Part shown: piece after piece, positions 27,001 through 35,265 of the stretch | Layout of the letters: every line of letters starts with the position of its first letter | Numbering within the stretch: the stretch's first letter is position 1 | Assembly: GCA_964535555.1 (NCBI GenBank) | Contig: CAZHUS010000019.1 | Span: 18,555 to 82,554 of the forward strand | Direction: 5' to 3' | Source of the DNA: an uncultured Verrucomicrobiota bacterium | GTDB lineage: Bacteria > Verrucomicrobiota > Verrucomicrobiia > Limisphaerales > J093 | Length of the DNA: 64,000 bases | The notes under the pieces: generated by a model | What the model was told of the DNA's origin: nothing | Database searches by the model: none | The model's input: only the letters and a program-made list of their open reading frames with translations | Translations under genes and position numbers: made by a program

Positions 27001-29628
27001 TTCCTGTTGATGAACCTTGAGACGGGTCGGATCGAGCAGCGCGGCGTCACCGGCCGCAACGGCGAGGGGCATGAAAGCCTCATCATGGCTCCGGACACCC
27101 GTTACCGGCAGTGGGTGTTCCATCCCGCCACGGGCCGGATCGGCACGGCGGATTGGATCAGTGGCCGCAGCGGAACGCGGTTCCTCTTGCCCGCGGTCAT
27201 CCTGCGGCGCGACCGCTCGGAAGACCAGGACAACGACGGCTTGCGCGACGCGGCGGAACTGATCATGGGCACCAGGAGCACCGACCCCGACACCGACGGG
27301 GACGGCGTGATGGATGGCGCCGAAGTCCGCGCCGGCACCAATCCCAATGACGGCCTGCCCGTCGCGACCGGAGTCATCGGTACTGCGGAAACCCCGGGAA
27401 CAGCCGTCGACGTGGTGGCCCGCAACAACTACGCCGTGGTGGCCGATGCGGGCGCCGGCGTTTCCATCTTCAACATTCAGAGCGGATTCACGCCCACCCT
27501 GGTGGCGCAGGTCGACACCCCGGGAAATGCCCGTGCCGTGGCGGTTCTCGGATTGCCCACCTCGAGAGACGAGCTTCGCGTGGCCGTGGCGGACGGCCCC
27601 GCCGGCCTGACCGTCGTGGATTTGGAGCTCCCGGCAAACGCCCGAATCACCCAGCAGGTCAACCTGGGCAGCCCTGCCCTTTGCGTGACCCTGCGAGGCG
27701 GGTTGGCCTACGTGGGCCTGGAAAACGGCCGGGTCGCCGTGGTGGACACGTACAGCGGGCTCGTGATGGAACGGCTCCTGGTCCAGGAACGCGTCTCGGA
27801 TATCGGCATCGTGGGTGAAACTCTCTTTGTCGCCGGCCAGTCGCAGCTCCGCACCTTCTCGTTGCTCGATCTCGCGGCCGGTCCCCTCGACTCCGTGGCG
27901 CTTCGGTTCTTCCCCGAGGGCATTACCCAGCGCCGCCGTCTCTTCCTCGGAACGACCCACGCCTTTGTCACCGGCTACCCGAGTTACGACGTGATCTCGA
28001 TCGCCAACCCGGCGGACTTGGTTCGCGTGGGCGATGCGATCGACAACGGCCCCAATTCCTTCAAGCAGATCGTCGACAACGGCTCCGGTCTGGGCATCGC
28101 CGCCGTCGGGGTCAACCCCCGCAACGACGGGACCCACCACGTCTCGCTCTACAACGTCTCGGATCCCACCAAGACGTCCCAGTTCCTATCTACGCTTACC
28201 ACGCCCGGCGTCGCCCACGCCGTTTCGCTCTACAACGGGCTGGCGTACGTCGCCGACGGGGAAGCGGGTCTGCAGGTGGTGAACTTCCTCGCCTATGACT
28301 CCGGCAACCAGCCTCCCAGCCTCTCGTTAACGGCGGACTTCCCCCTGGATCCGGCCGTCAGCGAAGAGGGGAAGCTCGTGGAGGTCGTCGCCCTGGCTCG
28401 TGACGATGTGCAAGTCGCCCGGGTTCAGTTTCTCGTCAACGGGACCGTGATTGGCACGGACGGCAACTTCCCGTTCAGTCAGCGCTTCCTCACGCCGCTC
28501 CGGGACGCAGCCGGCCAGAACAACACCTTTACCCTGCGCGCCCGCGCTTTTGACACCGGCGGCAACGCCACCTGGTCCACGGAGCACATCGTCACGCTGG
28601 TTCCCGATGCCACGGCCCCGCGGGTCCGAAGCAAGTTCCCGGCGGCGGGAGCGATCGTCGGCTCGACCGACACCGTGGCCGCCTACTTCACCGAGGCGCT
28701 CGATCCCGCCACCGCGAACCTCAACACCATCCTCCTCGTCTCAGCCGGGGCGGACGCCACATTCGGCACCGCCGATGACGCCGTGTTGCCCGGAGGCACC
28801 GTTGATTACCGCGGCAGCATTCAGGCCGCGTTCCTCAGTTTCGCTGAAAACCTCGCTCCCGGTCTCTACGGCGTCGTGGTGCGCCGCCCGCTCGCCGATC
28901 TCGTCGGAAACGCGCTGGCTGCCGACGTCGTCTGGACCTTCTGGGTCTTGGGTCAGACGGATGCCGACTCGGACGGCGTTCCGGATAACGTCGAACCCAG
29001 CCTCGGGCTGGACCCCAACAACCCCGATAGCAACGGCAACGGCATCCTCGACGGCCAGGAAGATCCGGATCGCGACCGGCTGGGCACCAGCTGGGAACTT
29101 GTTTTCGGTCTCGACCCGCGCTTGGCGGATTCGGACAGCGACGGTCTGAACGACGACCTCGAGGACGGCGACAACGACGGACTGTCCAACTTCGGGGAAC
29201 AGGCTGGTGGCGCCAATCCCAATAACCCCGACTCCGACGGCGACGGCTGGGATGATAACGGCGAGGCGGCCGACGGGAGCAGTCCCGCCGATCCGGCCTC
29301 GACACCCCGGGTCGCGCTGCGATCTGCCCTCCTCTCCTTCCTGAACGCGGTCGCGCAAACTCCTCCGCCGGGCACCCCGCTGCAGGTCGTGTCCGGCACG
29401 GCCAGCTACCTTAATGCGACGGCCGAAGCGCCGCCCGCAGGGACGCCTCTGACCGTGACCTCGCCGTTGGCCAGCTACCTCAACGCGCTCGGGGACGGGC
29501 CCCCGGCGGGGACTCCGCTCCAGGTGCTGTCGCCGTCAGCCAGTTACCTTAACCAGGTGCCCCAGACCTACTCCGGACCGGTCCTGGTTCCCTCCCGAAT
29601 CGTGAGCTATTTGAACCAAGCCCCGTGA
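24037..29628 (+). CDS. 1863-aa secreted multidomain surface protein. Order: N-terminal YFRL module, Big_5/SbsA-Ig, CarboxypepD_reg-like, (GD)34 linker, Cys-rich HExxH domain, Big_2, TSP3 repeats, LVIVD beta-propeller, Ig, TSP3 repeats, SYLN repeats.
   Basis: ATG 24037 gives the signal peptide MTNIRALRTTGLAVFAFCLGAVLRAADA. The track ORF start (23356) is an antisense read-through of argA. Domain calls come from motif reading (LVIVD: NYAVVADAGAGVSIFNI; TSP3: DTDGDGRSDNQE). Confidence 0.85.
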   Translation: MTNIRALRTTGLAVFAFCLGAVLRAADAPTLSVRALSGREVEISWPAAASAYVLHEAPSVGPGAAWSPVTQAPVPRGDSLLVLVNAIASDRYFRLVSTGPAALTTIASTSPPNGANGVAVTRETVIDFSAPLAADTVLTPTQFYAEFGGRRLLSRIELGTDRRRASLFYLENLPAGARVRVTLDGSSVRDSNGQALDADGDGQAGGSRQIFFDTFSTTPVATAAVIGHVFASDPEPGGAPGEFVNRPLAGVTITVDGAEETLRTTTDASGFFKLQPAPVGRFFVHVDGRTAQGSQWPGGNYYPFVGKAWEGVAGRDNTLAAGTGEIFLPLVKQGTLQTVSATEATRVTFPPEVISENPALKDVQVLVPANALYADDGTRGGKVGIAPVPADRLPEPLPPGLNLPLVITIQTDGPQNFAEPVPVRFPNLPDPATGKKLAPGAKSALWSFNHDTGKWEIVGPMTVTADGNYVETDPGVGVRQPGWHGTFPGSDGNCDNLLGGDGDGDGDGDGDGDGDGDGDGDGDGDGDGDGDGDGDGDGDGDGDGDGDGDGDGDGDGDGDGDGDGDGDCEVTEPACPPNAPGPVDQSDWPVTSNDADPGGNYTSHRGFEIQGGVCFDSASQSWKYRVNRLVWRGNINTSTNSGLVSTEPVPVDGGNVTQANQCTIITEMAGYLGRGRGVWHMRAASLAHEVHHRDIDWPGIVNPLWQNIEAAIEAESVPCEKSFAEAELILNAKVNAALGNLQTQFSADLTTFNAGHDGAKTDGAYQAGQNVLNGRIQEIRDYANAKGWPACPPFFLARHPAGLAGPGVPPIVALNAEAPLEVLSPPQTTRLQVVGTRDDGSTVDLTTAPGTRYESTDPSVITVAADGLVTAIAPGDATVIVRHSPDIDGHPRYASANFTVPRPTDLDHDGMPDQWERDRGLNPGSAADALADADRDLLHNVREFELGTDPNKADTDGDGRSDNQELLDGTNPLKADTRSRPLSLGLHYFLLMNLETGRIEQRGVTGRNGEGHESLIMAPDTRYRQWVFHPATGRIGTADWISGRSGTRFLLPAVILRRDRSEDQDNDGLRDAAELIMGTRSTDPDTDGDGVMDGAEVRAGTNPNDGLPVATGVIGTAETPGTAVDVVARNNYAVVADAGAGVSIFNIQSGFTPTLVAQVDTPGNARAVAVLGLPTSRDELRVAVADGPAGLTVVDLELPANARITQQVNLGSPALCVTLRGGLAYVGLENGRVAVVDTYSGLVMERLLVQERVSDIGIVGETLFVAGQSQLRTFSLLDLAAGPLDSVALRFFPEGITQRRRLFLGTTHAFVTGYPSYDVISIANPADLVRVGDAIDNGPNSFKQIVDNGSGLGIAAVGVNPRNDGTHHVSLYNVSDPTKTSQFLSTLTTPGVAHAVSLYNGLAYVADGEAGLQVVNFLAYDSGNQPPSLSLTADFPLDPAVSEEGKLVEVVALARDDVQVARVQFLVNGTVIGTDGNFPFSQRFLTPLRDAAGQNNTFTLRARAFDTGGNATWSTEHIVTLVPDATAPRVRSKFPAAGAIVGSTDTVAAYFTEALDPATANLNTILLVSAGADATFGTADDAVLPGGTVDYRGSIQAAFLSFAENLAPGLYGVVVRRPLADLVGNALAADVVWTFWVLGQTDADSDGVPDNVEPSLGLDPNNPDSNGNGILDGQEDPDRDRLGTSWELVFGLDPRLADSDSDGLNDDLEDGDNDGLSNFGEQAGGANPNNPDSDGDGWDDNGEAADGSSPADPASTPRVALRSALLSFLNAVAQTPPPGTPLQVVSGTASYLNATAEAPPAGTPLTVTSPLASYLNALGDGPPAGTPLQVLSPSASYLNQVPQTYSGPVLVPSRIVSYLNQAP
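25534..25737 (+). repeat. Hexanucleotide microsatellite (GGY-GAY)x34 encoding (Gly-Asp)34
   Basis: 204 nt of ggcgat/ggcgac units read directly, in-frame with the giant CDS. Confidence 0.95.
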
Positions 29629-29690
29629 GTTCGCCGCGCCATCGCACCACCAACCTTCAATCTCCGCAATCTGTGCAAACCGAGAAGCCC

Positions 29691-31748
29691 ATGAACACAA
29701 ACCTCCGCAACTGCCGCCGCTTCCTGGCGTCGGCCCGAGCGCTGCCGCTCCTCGCGGCGACGCTGCTGTTACCGCCGGTGCTGGCGGTCGACCCCGACCT
29801 GCCCTTCAGCAGTGGTTCCACGGGTGCTGACGGGCCCTTGAGGTTCCGCGAGATCGCCACGGGCCGGAACTCGCACGGGATGGCCTATGATCCGGTGCGG
29901 CAGCAGGTGGTCGTGTTTGGCGGCTACAACGGGAACAGCCTGGGCGATACCTCGACGTTCGACGGCACCAACTGGGTGCGGCGTTTCCCTGCCTCCAGCC
30001 CGGTCGATCGCTGGGGCCACCGCATGGTCTGGGACGCCGCCCGCAACGAAGTCGTCCTCTTCGGCGGCACCCGCAACACGGGCCGCTTGAATGACACCTG
30101 GACCTGGAACGGGACCAACTGGACCCAAAAATCGCCGACCACCGCGCCATCACCCCGGGACAACTTCTGCCTCGCCTACGATGCCGCCCGGCAGCGCGTG
30201 GTCCTCTTCGGCGGCGCCAACGGCGGCCAGGAAACCTGGCTCTGGGACGGCACCAACTGGACCGCCGCCAATCCCCCCAATCGGCCCCAGGCCACCGACC
30301 GCAGCGCCATGGAATACCACGTGACGCGCCAGGAAATCGTCCTGTTCGGCAACTACGGCCAGACCTGGATCTGGAACGGCACCGATTGGACGCAGCGCGG
30401 CTCCTTCCATGTGCCGGCCGCAAAAAGCTGGCCCACGCTCATCAACGACGGCACGAGCAACACCATTCTGATGTTCAGCGGCAGCAACCAGCAGGAGACC
30501 TGGTCCTGGAACGGCGAGGACTGGACCGAGCTCACCCCCCCGGCTTCCCCAAGCGGCCGCCAGTACCACCAAATGGTCTATGATACCACGAACCAGCGGG
30601 GTGTGATGTTCGGCGGCGATGTTCCCGGCGTGGACAACTACAGTGCGGATACTTGGTTCTTGAAGGCCGGCGCCTGGACCTCGTGGAGCAGCAAGATCCA
30701 GCTCTTCGACATGAGCTCACGCCCGAGCGGCGTATACAACTTCACCTCGATCACCATCCCGGCTGGCGTGACGGTCGCCTGGGTTATCACCAACCTCTAC
30801 TTCCCGCCCGTCCGTTGGCTCGCCACCGAGGATGTGGTGATCAACGGCTCCATCGACGTTAGCGGCCAATTCGCAGCGAACAACCTGCCTCCGGGCGTGC
30901 CGGCTCGAGGCGGCCCGGGTGGTTACGATGGCGGCCTGGGCGGCGTTCGCTTCAATTCCTCGGCAGCCTACGTGGGCCAACCCGGCAAGGGCCCCGGCGG
31001 CGGCGAGCCTGGCACCGCCCAGCAGACGAATCCCAACCTCCGCGACGGCAAACCGGGTGAGTACGCCAGCGACTACGGCAATGCCTTCCTCCAGCCCCTT
31101 GCAGGCGGTTCCGGTGGCGGCGGCGGCGCTTCCAACGCGGATTGGGACGGGGGCCGCGGCGGCGGCGGCGGCGGCGCCATCATGATCTCCTCGTCGCGCG
31201 ACATCATCATCAATGGCGTGATCCGCGCGAACGGGGGAGAGTATCAGTGGAGCAACGCCAGTTACGGCGGGCGCGGCTCCGGCGGCGCCATCCTGCTGCG
31301 GGCCGATCGGGTCACCGGCCCCGGATCCCTCGAGGCGTACGGCGGCCATCCCAACAATCCCAACGGCCGGATTCGCGTCGAGGCTTACGCCCGCACCCTC
31401 ACCGGCGGCCAAACCCCCCCCGCCGTGGTCGGACTTCCTGCGGCCAACGGTGGACTCAACCAGATTGGTTCGCTCTCGATCGTGAGTGTCGACGGCGCCA
31501 ATGTCGTGCAGCCTCCGAGCGGGAACCTGCAAACACCGGATGTCGTCTTCAGCGACGCGGGTCCGGTGGCGGTGGTCGTCAGCGCGACCGGGGTCCCCAA
31601 CGGCACGCCCGTCACCCTCACCATCACGACGAGCAGCTCCATCATCACGGCGGGTCCCCAAAACCTCCAGGAGGGGACCGCCACCTTCAACGCCACCGTG
31701 CCCGCAGGCATCGGCACGCTGCAGGCCACGGCGCAGTTCACGCAGTAA
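29691..31748 (+). CDS. Secreted Kelch beta-propeller protein with a C-terminal glycine-rich beta-helix-like region and Ig-like tail
   Basis: Signal peptide (LPLLAATLLLPPVLAV). At least 6 Kelch-like blades (VVVFGGYNG..DTSTFDGTNW, VVLFGGTRN..DTWTWNGTNW, and more). Gly-rich block GGSGGGGGASNADWDGGRGGGGGGAIMISS..GGRGSGGAILLRA. An alternative GTG at 29625 overlaps the upstream stop. Confidence 0.8.
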   Translation: MNTNLRNCRRFLASARALPLLAATLLLPPVLAVDPDLPFSSGSTGADGPLRFREIATGRNSHGMAYDPVRQQVVVFGGYNGNSLGDTSTFDGTNWVRRFPASSPVDRWGHRMVWDAARNEVVLFGGTRNTGRLNDTWTWNGTNWTQKSPTTAPSPRDNFCLAYDAARQRVVLFGGANGGQETWLWDGTNWTAANPPNRPQATDRSAMEYHVTRQEIVLFGNYGQTWIWNGTDWTQRGSFHVPAAKSWPTLINDGTSNTILMFSGSNQQETWSWNGEDWTELTPPASPSGRQYHQMVYDTTNQRGVMFGGDVPGVDNYSADTWFLKAGAWTSWSSKIQLFDMSSRPSGVYNFTSITIPAGVTVAWVITNLYFPPVRWLATEDVVINGSIDVSGQFAANNLPPGVPARGGPGGYDGGLGGVRFNSSAAYVGQPGKGPGGGEPGTAQQTNPNLRDGKPGEYASDYGNAFLQPLAGGSGGGGGASNADWDGGRGGGGGGAIMISSSRDIIINGVIRANGGEYQWSNASYGGRGSGGAILLRADRVTGPGSLEAYGGHPNNPNGRIRVEAYARTLTGGQTPPAVVGLPAANGGLNQIGSLSIVSVDGANVVQPPSGNLQTPDVVFSDAGPVAVVVSATGVPNGTPVTLTITTSSSIITAGPQNLQEGTATFNATVPAGIGTLQATAQFTQ

Positions 31749-31777
31749 CGCGCGTCAATCCCCTGACCGCTGATCTC

Positions 31778-31811
31778 GAACGGAGCGGCTTCGGCCGCTC
31801 CGTTCTTTTTT
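31778..31811 (+). terminator. Rho-independent terminator
   Basis: Perfect 12-bp stem gaacggagcggc / gccgctccgttc, loop ttcg, then tttttt. Lies 30 nt after the Kelch gene stop. Confidence 0.85.
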
Positions 31812-31926
31812 CGCCGAGCGCCGCCTCCGCCCGTGGTCTCTCCGGCTCAGGACAGCGGCTCGCCCGCAGGCTCATCCCGATCGAGGATGGCAGGGCAAGC
31901 GGGGTTGCCGGCGAACCCCGCCAGGA

Positions 31927-32967
31927 TCATCGCCCCATCAGGTGTTCGAGCACCAACTGGTCGAGCGCCGCATAGTTCCGGTCGGCCACCAGTTTCTGGG
32001 CTTCGTCCTCGGGGAAGGCCCGGGCTTTCTCCACCAATCGGAGGAACGTCCGCCGGCTGTTCTCGAGGTGGGCCGTCCAATGTTCGACTTTGGTGGTGCG
32101 GAACGGGTGCACGTCGAAGGCGACGTACTCGCCCTTGCGGCCGTAACCGTTGCGCTCGAGCGCGCGGACCTGGTTGAACGCCACGCGCAGATTGGCGGAG
32201 CCGAAGGGCTTGTCCTGGTCGAACTTCAGACCGTTCTGGTCGTTGAGGTGAAGCGACCACAGCTTGCCGAACATGCAGGCGAAATCGATCTCATCCGCAG
32301 GGTCGAGTCCGGCCAGCAAGGCGTGCGCGGTTTCGATCAGGCAGCCGACGCGTTTCGGATCGTCGGTGAGGTTCGACAGGGCCAGCGCGTGTCCAATCGT
32401 CGGCAGGTAGGCGAGATCCATCGGCTCATTCGGTTTCGGCTCGATGGCGATGCGGACGTTCTTGTCATGGGCGAGCATCTTGTTGATGGCCTCAACCAGT
32501 TGATCGAAGCATCGGCGGGCGTTCTTGCTTTCGCGGATGTAGCTGCCTTCGCGCGCCAGCCAGAGGACCACCAGGTTGCAGTCCAGGTAGTTGCCCACAT
32601 CGATGCATCGCAGCGAGCGTTCGATCGCGTATTTCCGGCACTTGGGATCGTTGCTCGTGTAGGCGCCGTCGATGGTGCGCTCGTCAAACCACAGGCGGGG
32701 CGCGACGATCTCCGCCACGATGCCGGCATCATCGAGCTTCTTCTTAAGGGCCTTGGACTCGGCTTTCAGCTGGGCGTCCGACTTGTCGTTGATGTCGGGC
32801 ACGGCGTCATCGTCGTGGAACATCATGGCGTCGTAGCCGAGTTCCTTCAGCTTCCCCAGCTTCCAGTCGAACGACTGGACCGGCCGCGTCGGCGGACCGT
32901 AAGGATCTTGACCTTCGCTCAGGTTCCAGGGACCGAAGCAGAACTTGTACGTCGTCGCTTTAGGCAT
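31927..32967 (-). CDS. Xylose-isomerase-like TIM-barrel enzyme (XylA-related sugar isomerase)
   Basis: KFCFGPWNLSEGQDPYGPPTR, VVLWLAREGSY and RIAIEPKPNEP resemble short (actinobacterial-type) XylA. ATG 32967 is used. Confidence 0.7.
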   Translation of the reverse strand: MPKATTYKFCFGPWNLSEGQDPYGPPTRPVQSFDWKLGKLKELGYDAMMFHDDDAVPDINDKSDAQLKAESKALKKKLDDAGIVAEIVAPRLWFDERTIDGAYTSNDPKCRKYAIERSLRCIDVGNYLDCNLVVLWLAREGSYIRESKNARRCFDQLVEAINKMLAHDKNVRIAIEPKPNEPMDLAYLPTIGHALALSNLTDDPKRVGCLIETAHALLAGLDPADEIDFACMFGKLWSLHLNDQNGLKFDQDKPFGSANLRVAFNQVRALERNGYGRKGEYVAFDVHPFRTTKVEHWTAHLENSRRTFLRLVEKARAFPEDEAQKLVADRNYAALDQLVLEHLMGR

Positions 32968-33254
32968 AGGTGTTGTGGCCGTCAGCTTAGGAATCACCAG
33001 CACTTTGGGAAGGAAAAAGCCCACGACCCACGACCCCACCACCCTGCGGCCCGACGGAGCCAAAGGCTGCCGGCGCATGTGACCCACCGCCCTGGCATTT
33101 CACGCCCGTGCGCCCCCAACACGACCCTCCGCCCGCCCCCTGGTCCCTGACGTTTTCCTGAAACAGCTATATCGAAAATCGGTACCGAGGCGCCGAGCTC
33201 CGACACCCAGCGAGGAGCGGGAAGACCGTGGGAGAGACCGCTGCGACCATCCGC

Positions 33255-35183
33255 TCAGGCGCAACGAGGAGCAGCCGCGATTTCAACGCCAGCCTCGGGA
33301 CCATCCTCCCAGGCCGTGACCGGCATCGGAAATCCTTTGAGCGTCAATCCGGGCACCGCACGCATGTTCGCCGACTCCCCCAGCCGGTTGCGCGTCGCTT
33401 CGTCCATCAGGATCTGTCCCGGGCGCGCCTCGGAGCAAAGCCGCGAGGCGAGGTTCACGCTGTTCCCGAGCACCGTGTAGTTGGCGCGGTCATCCGAGCC
33501 CATCAACCCGGCCACAACTTCGCCCGTTGCCAGCCCAATCCCGATCTCCAAGGGATGCTCGGCATCCCGGTTCATGGCTCGGCGCACGGTGATCATCTCG
33601 CGGGCGCAGGCCACCGCGTTTGCCGCGTCCTCGGGACCTTGCGAGGGGACACCAAAAACCGCCATCAAGAGATCGCCGACGAACTTGTCCACGAATCCAT
33701 GGTGCGCGAAGACGACGCGGGTGAGCCCGGTCATGTGCGCGTTAAGCAGGGCGATCACCTGGTTCGGAGGCATGCCCTGGGTTCGCGCCGTGAAGGCCCG
33801 CACATCACAAAACAGGACCGTGACGGTGGCGGTCGTGCCCGCCGGCAACGCCTCGGTGTCCACGAGTTGCGAAGCCACGCGAGGATCCGCCACCAGGTCC
33901 AGAACGCGTCGGTAACGCTCCTTGTCGGCAAGGCCCGCCGCCATCTGGTTGAACGAGGCCACCAGCCGCCCCACGTCATCCCGGCTTCGCACCGGGACGC
34001 GCACCTGGAGATTGCCGCGCCTCACGTCACCGGTCGCGGCATCCAGTTCCCGCACCGAGAGGGTCAGCCGGTTTGCCAGCCACAGACTCACCCCCACGCC
34101 GGCCGCGAGCACGAGCAAACTGATCAACAGGATGATCGACTGCAGCCGCCGCTCGGTCTGCAGCGCACCGGCCAGGCTGTAAAGTTTGACCTGATACGTC
34201 TGCGGGAAGGGCGACCCGGGATTCAAAAGGCGCAGGAAGACCCGGTACGGTTCCCCGTCATGCTCGAGCTGGAAGTCGCCGCGACGCGGTGGCGTGGTGG
34301 CAATCTCGGCGGCAAGCCTCGCGCTCAAGACCGGGCGGAGCGGCTCGGGAATCGTATAGGTGTGAAGCTGCCCCTGAAGCCAGAAACCCGCGAGGATGTC
34401 GCTCAGGTCACGCAGGTCTTCCGCCCCGTCAAACATCGGCGCGCCGAGCAACACCGCGCCCAGAACCTCGCCCGTCTCCGGATCCACGACGCCCGTCGTC
34501 ACCAACTCGAGGAAGGTGCGACCTTGCGTGTCATCACTGGGTGCCAGATAGGCCACCTCCTGCGCGTTCGAGAGGCTGAGCCTGCCACTCAACCCGGACA
34601 AGAGGTCGTCGAATCGACCGAACCTCATCATCCCCGGCCCTCCGGCCCGCGCTCCCACCGGAGCTTCTTCCGGACGGACGAGGTTTCCCTGGGCGTCGAG
34701 CACGCGCAGGAAAGCCATGAGAGATCCCATGCCGCGCTGCCGTCCGGACCCCCGGTCGCGATCAGGTCCAAACGCCGATGGACCGGGTATCTGCGGGGGA
34801 ATACGTTCCACCGCGTTGGTCTCGCCGTCCGGCCGCGATGGCCCTTGTGGTCCGAACCTGCCGAAGCCCGGACTTCCCATCATCACGGTCCGCGCCGCCG
34901 CGTAGACCGCGGCCGAATCACCCGTCTTCAGCCCGGAGCGCAGGGCATCCGAGGCGGCGAGGGTGGCTGCCTTCGCCTTGATCTCCGCGAGGCGGTTGTT
35001 CTGGCGCTCGACGAAAAACGCGATCTGCGACCGGAACTGCTGCTGGAGAGCCTCGGTGTAGGACCGCTGCAAGGCGAGCCGGGCGAAGTACAGCGTCGAG
35101 GCGGATACGCCCCCGACCAGGAGAACCATGGCCAGCACCAGCTTGGCGCGGAAACTCACGAAGGGCAGTCGATGCAGGGACAT
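33255..35183 (-). CDS. Membrane sensor adenylate/guanylate cyclase (periplasmic sensor, HAMP, class III cyclase)
   Basis: Two TM segments, a HAMP region (RELDAATGDVRRGNLQVRVPVRSRDDVGRLVASFNQM) and a cyclase domain (VLFCDVRAFT...KFVGDLLMAVFG). ATG 35183 is used. Confidence 0.85.
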   Translation of the reverse strand: MSLHRLPFVSFRAKLVLAMVLLVGGVSASTLYFARLALQRSYTEALQQQFRSQIAFFVERQNNRLAEIKAKAATLAASDALRSGLKTGDSAAVYAAARTVMMGSPGFGRFGPQGPSRPDGETNAVERIPPQIPGPSAFGPDRDRGSGRQRGMGSLMAFLRVLDAQGNLVRPEEAPVGARAGGPGMMRFGRFDDLLSGLSGRLSLSNAQEVAYLAPSDDTQGRTFLELVTTGVVDPETGEVLGAVLLGAPMFDGAEDLRDLSDILAGFWLQGQLHTYTIPEPLRPVLSARLAAEIATTPPRRGDFQLEHDGEPYRVFLRLLNPGSPFPQTYQVKLYSLAGALQTERRLQSIILLISLLVLAAGVGVSLWLANRLTLSVRELDAATGDVRRGNLQVRVPVRSRDDVGRLVASFNQMAAGLADKERYRRVLDLVADPRVASQLVDTEALPAGTTATVTVLFCDVRAFTARTQGMPPNQVIALLNAHMTGLTRVVFAHHGFVDKFVGDLLMAVFGVPSQGPEDAANAVACAREMITVRRAMNRDAEHPLEIGIGLATGEVVAGLMGSDDRANYTVLGNSVNLASRLCSEARPGQILMDEATRNRLGESANMRAVPGLTLKGFPMPVTAWEDGPEAGVEIAAAPRCA

Positions 35184-35265
35184 CAGTCTATCAGTCTGTG
35201 GATCGATTCCAGCCGTCGATTCGCCGCAGGCTGGCTTCGGACGGCTGATCAGACGTCCGCCACGG

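Noticed and set aside
33093-33110. TGGCAT... as a possible sigma-54 -24 element upstream of the xylose-isomerase-like gene.
   Set aside because: It is on the wrong strand for the neighbouring genes and has no TTGC at the -12 spacing.
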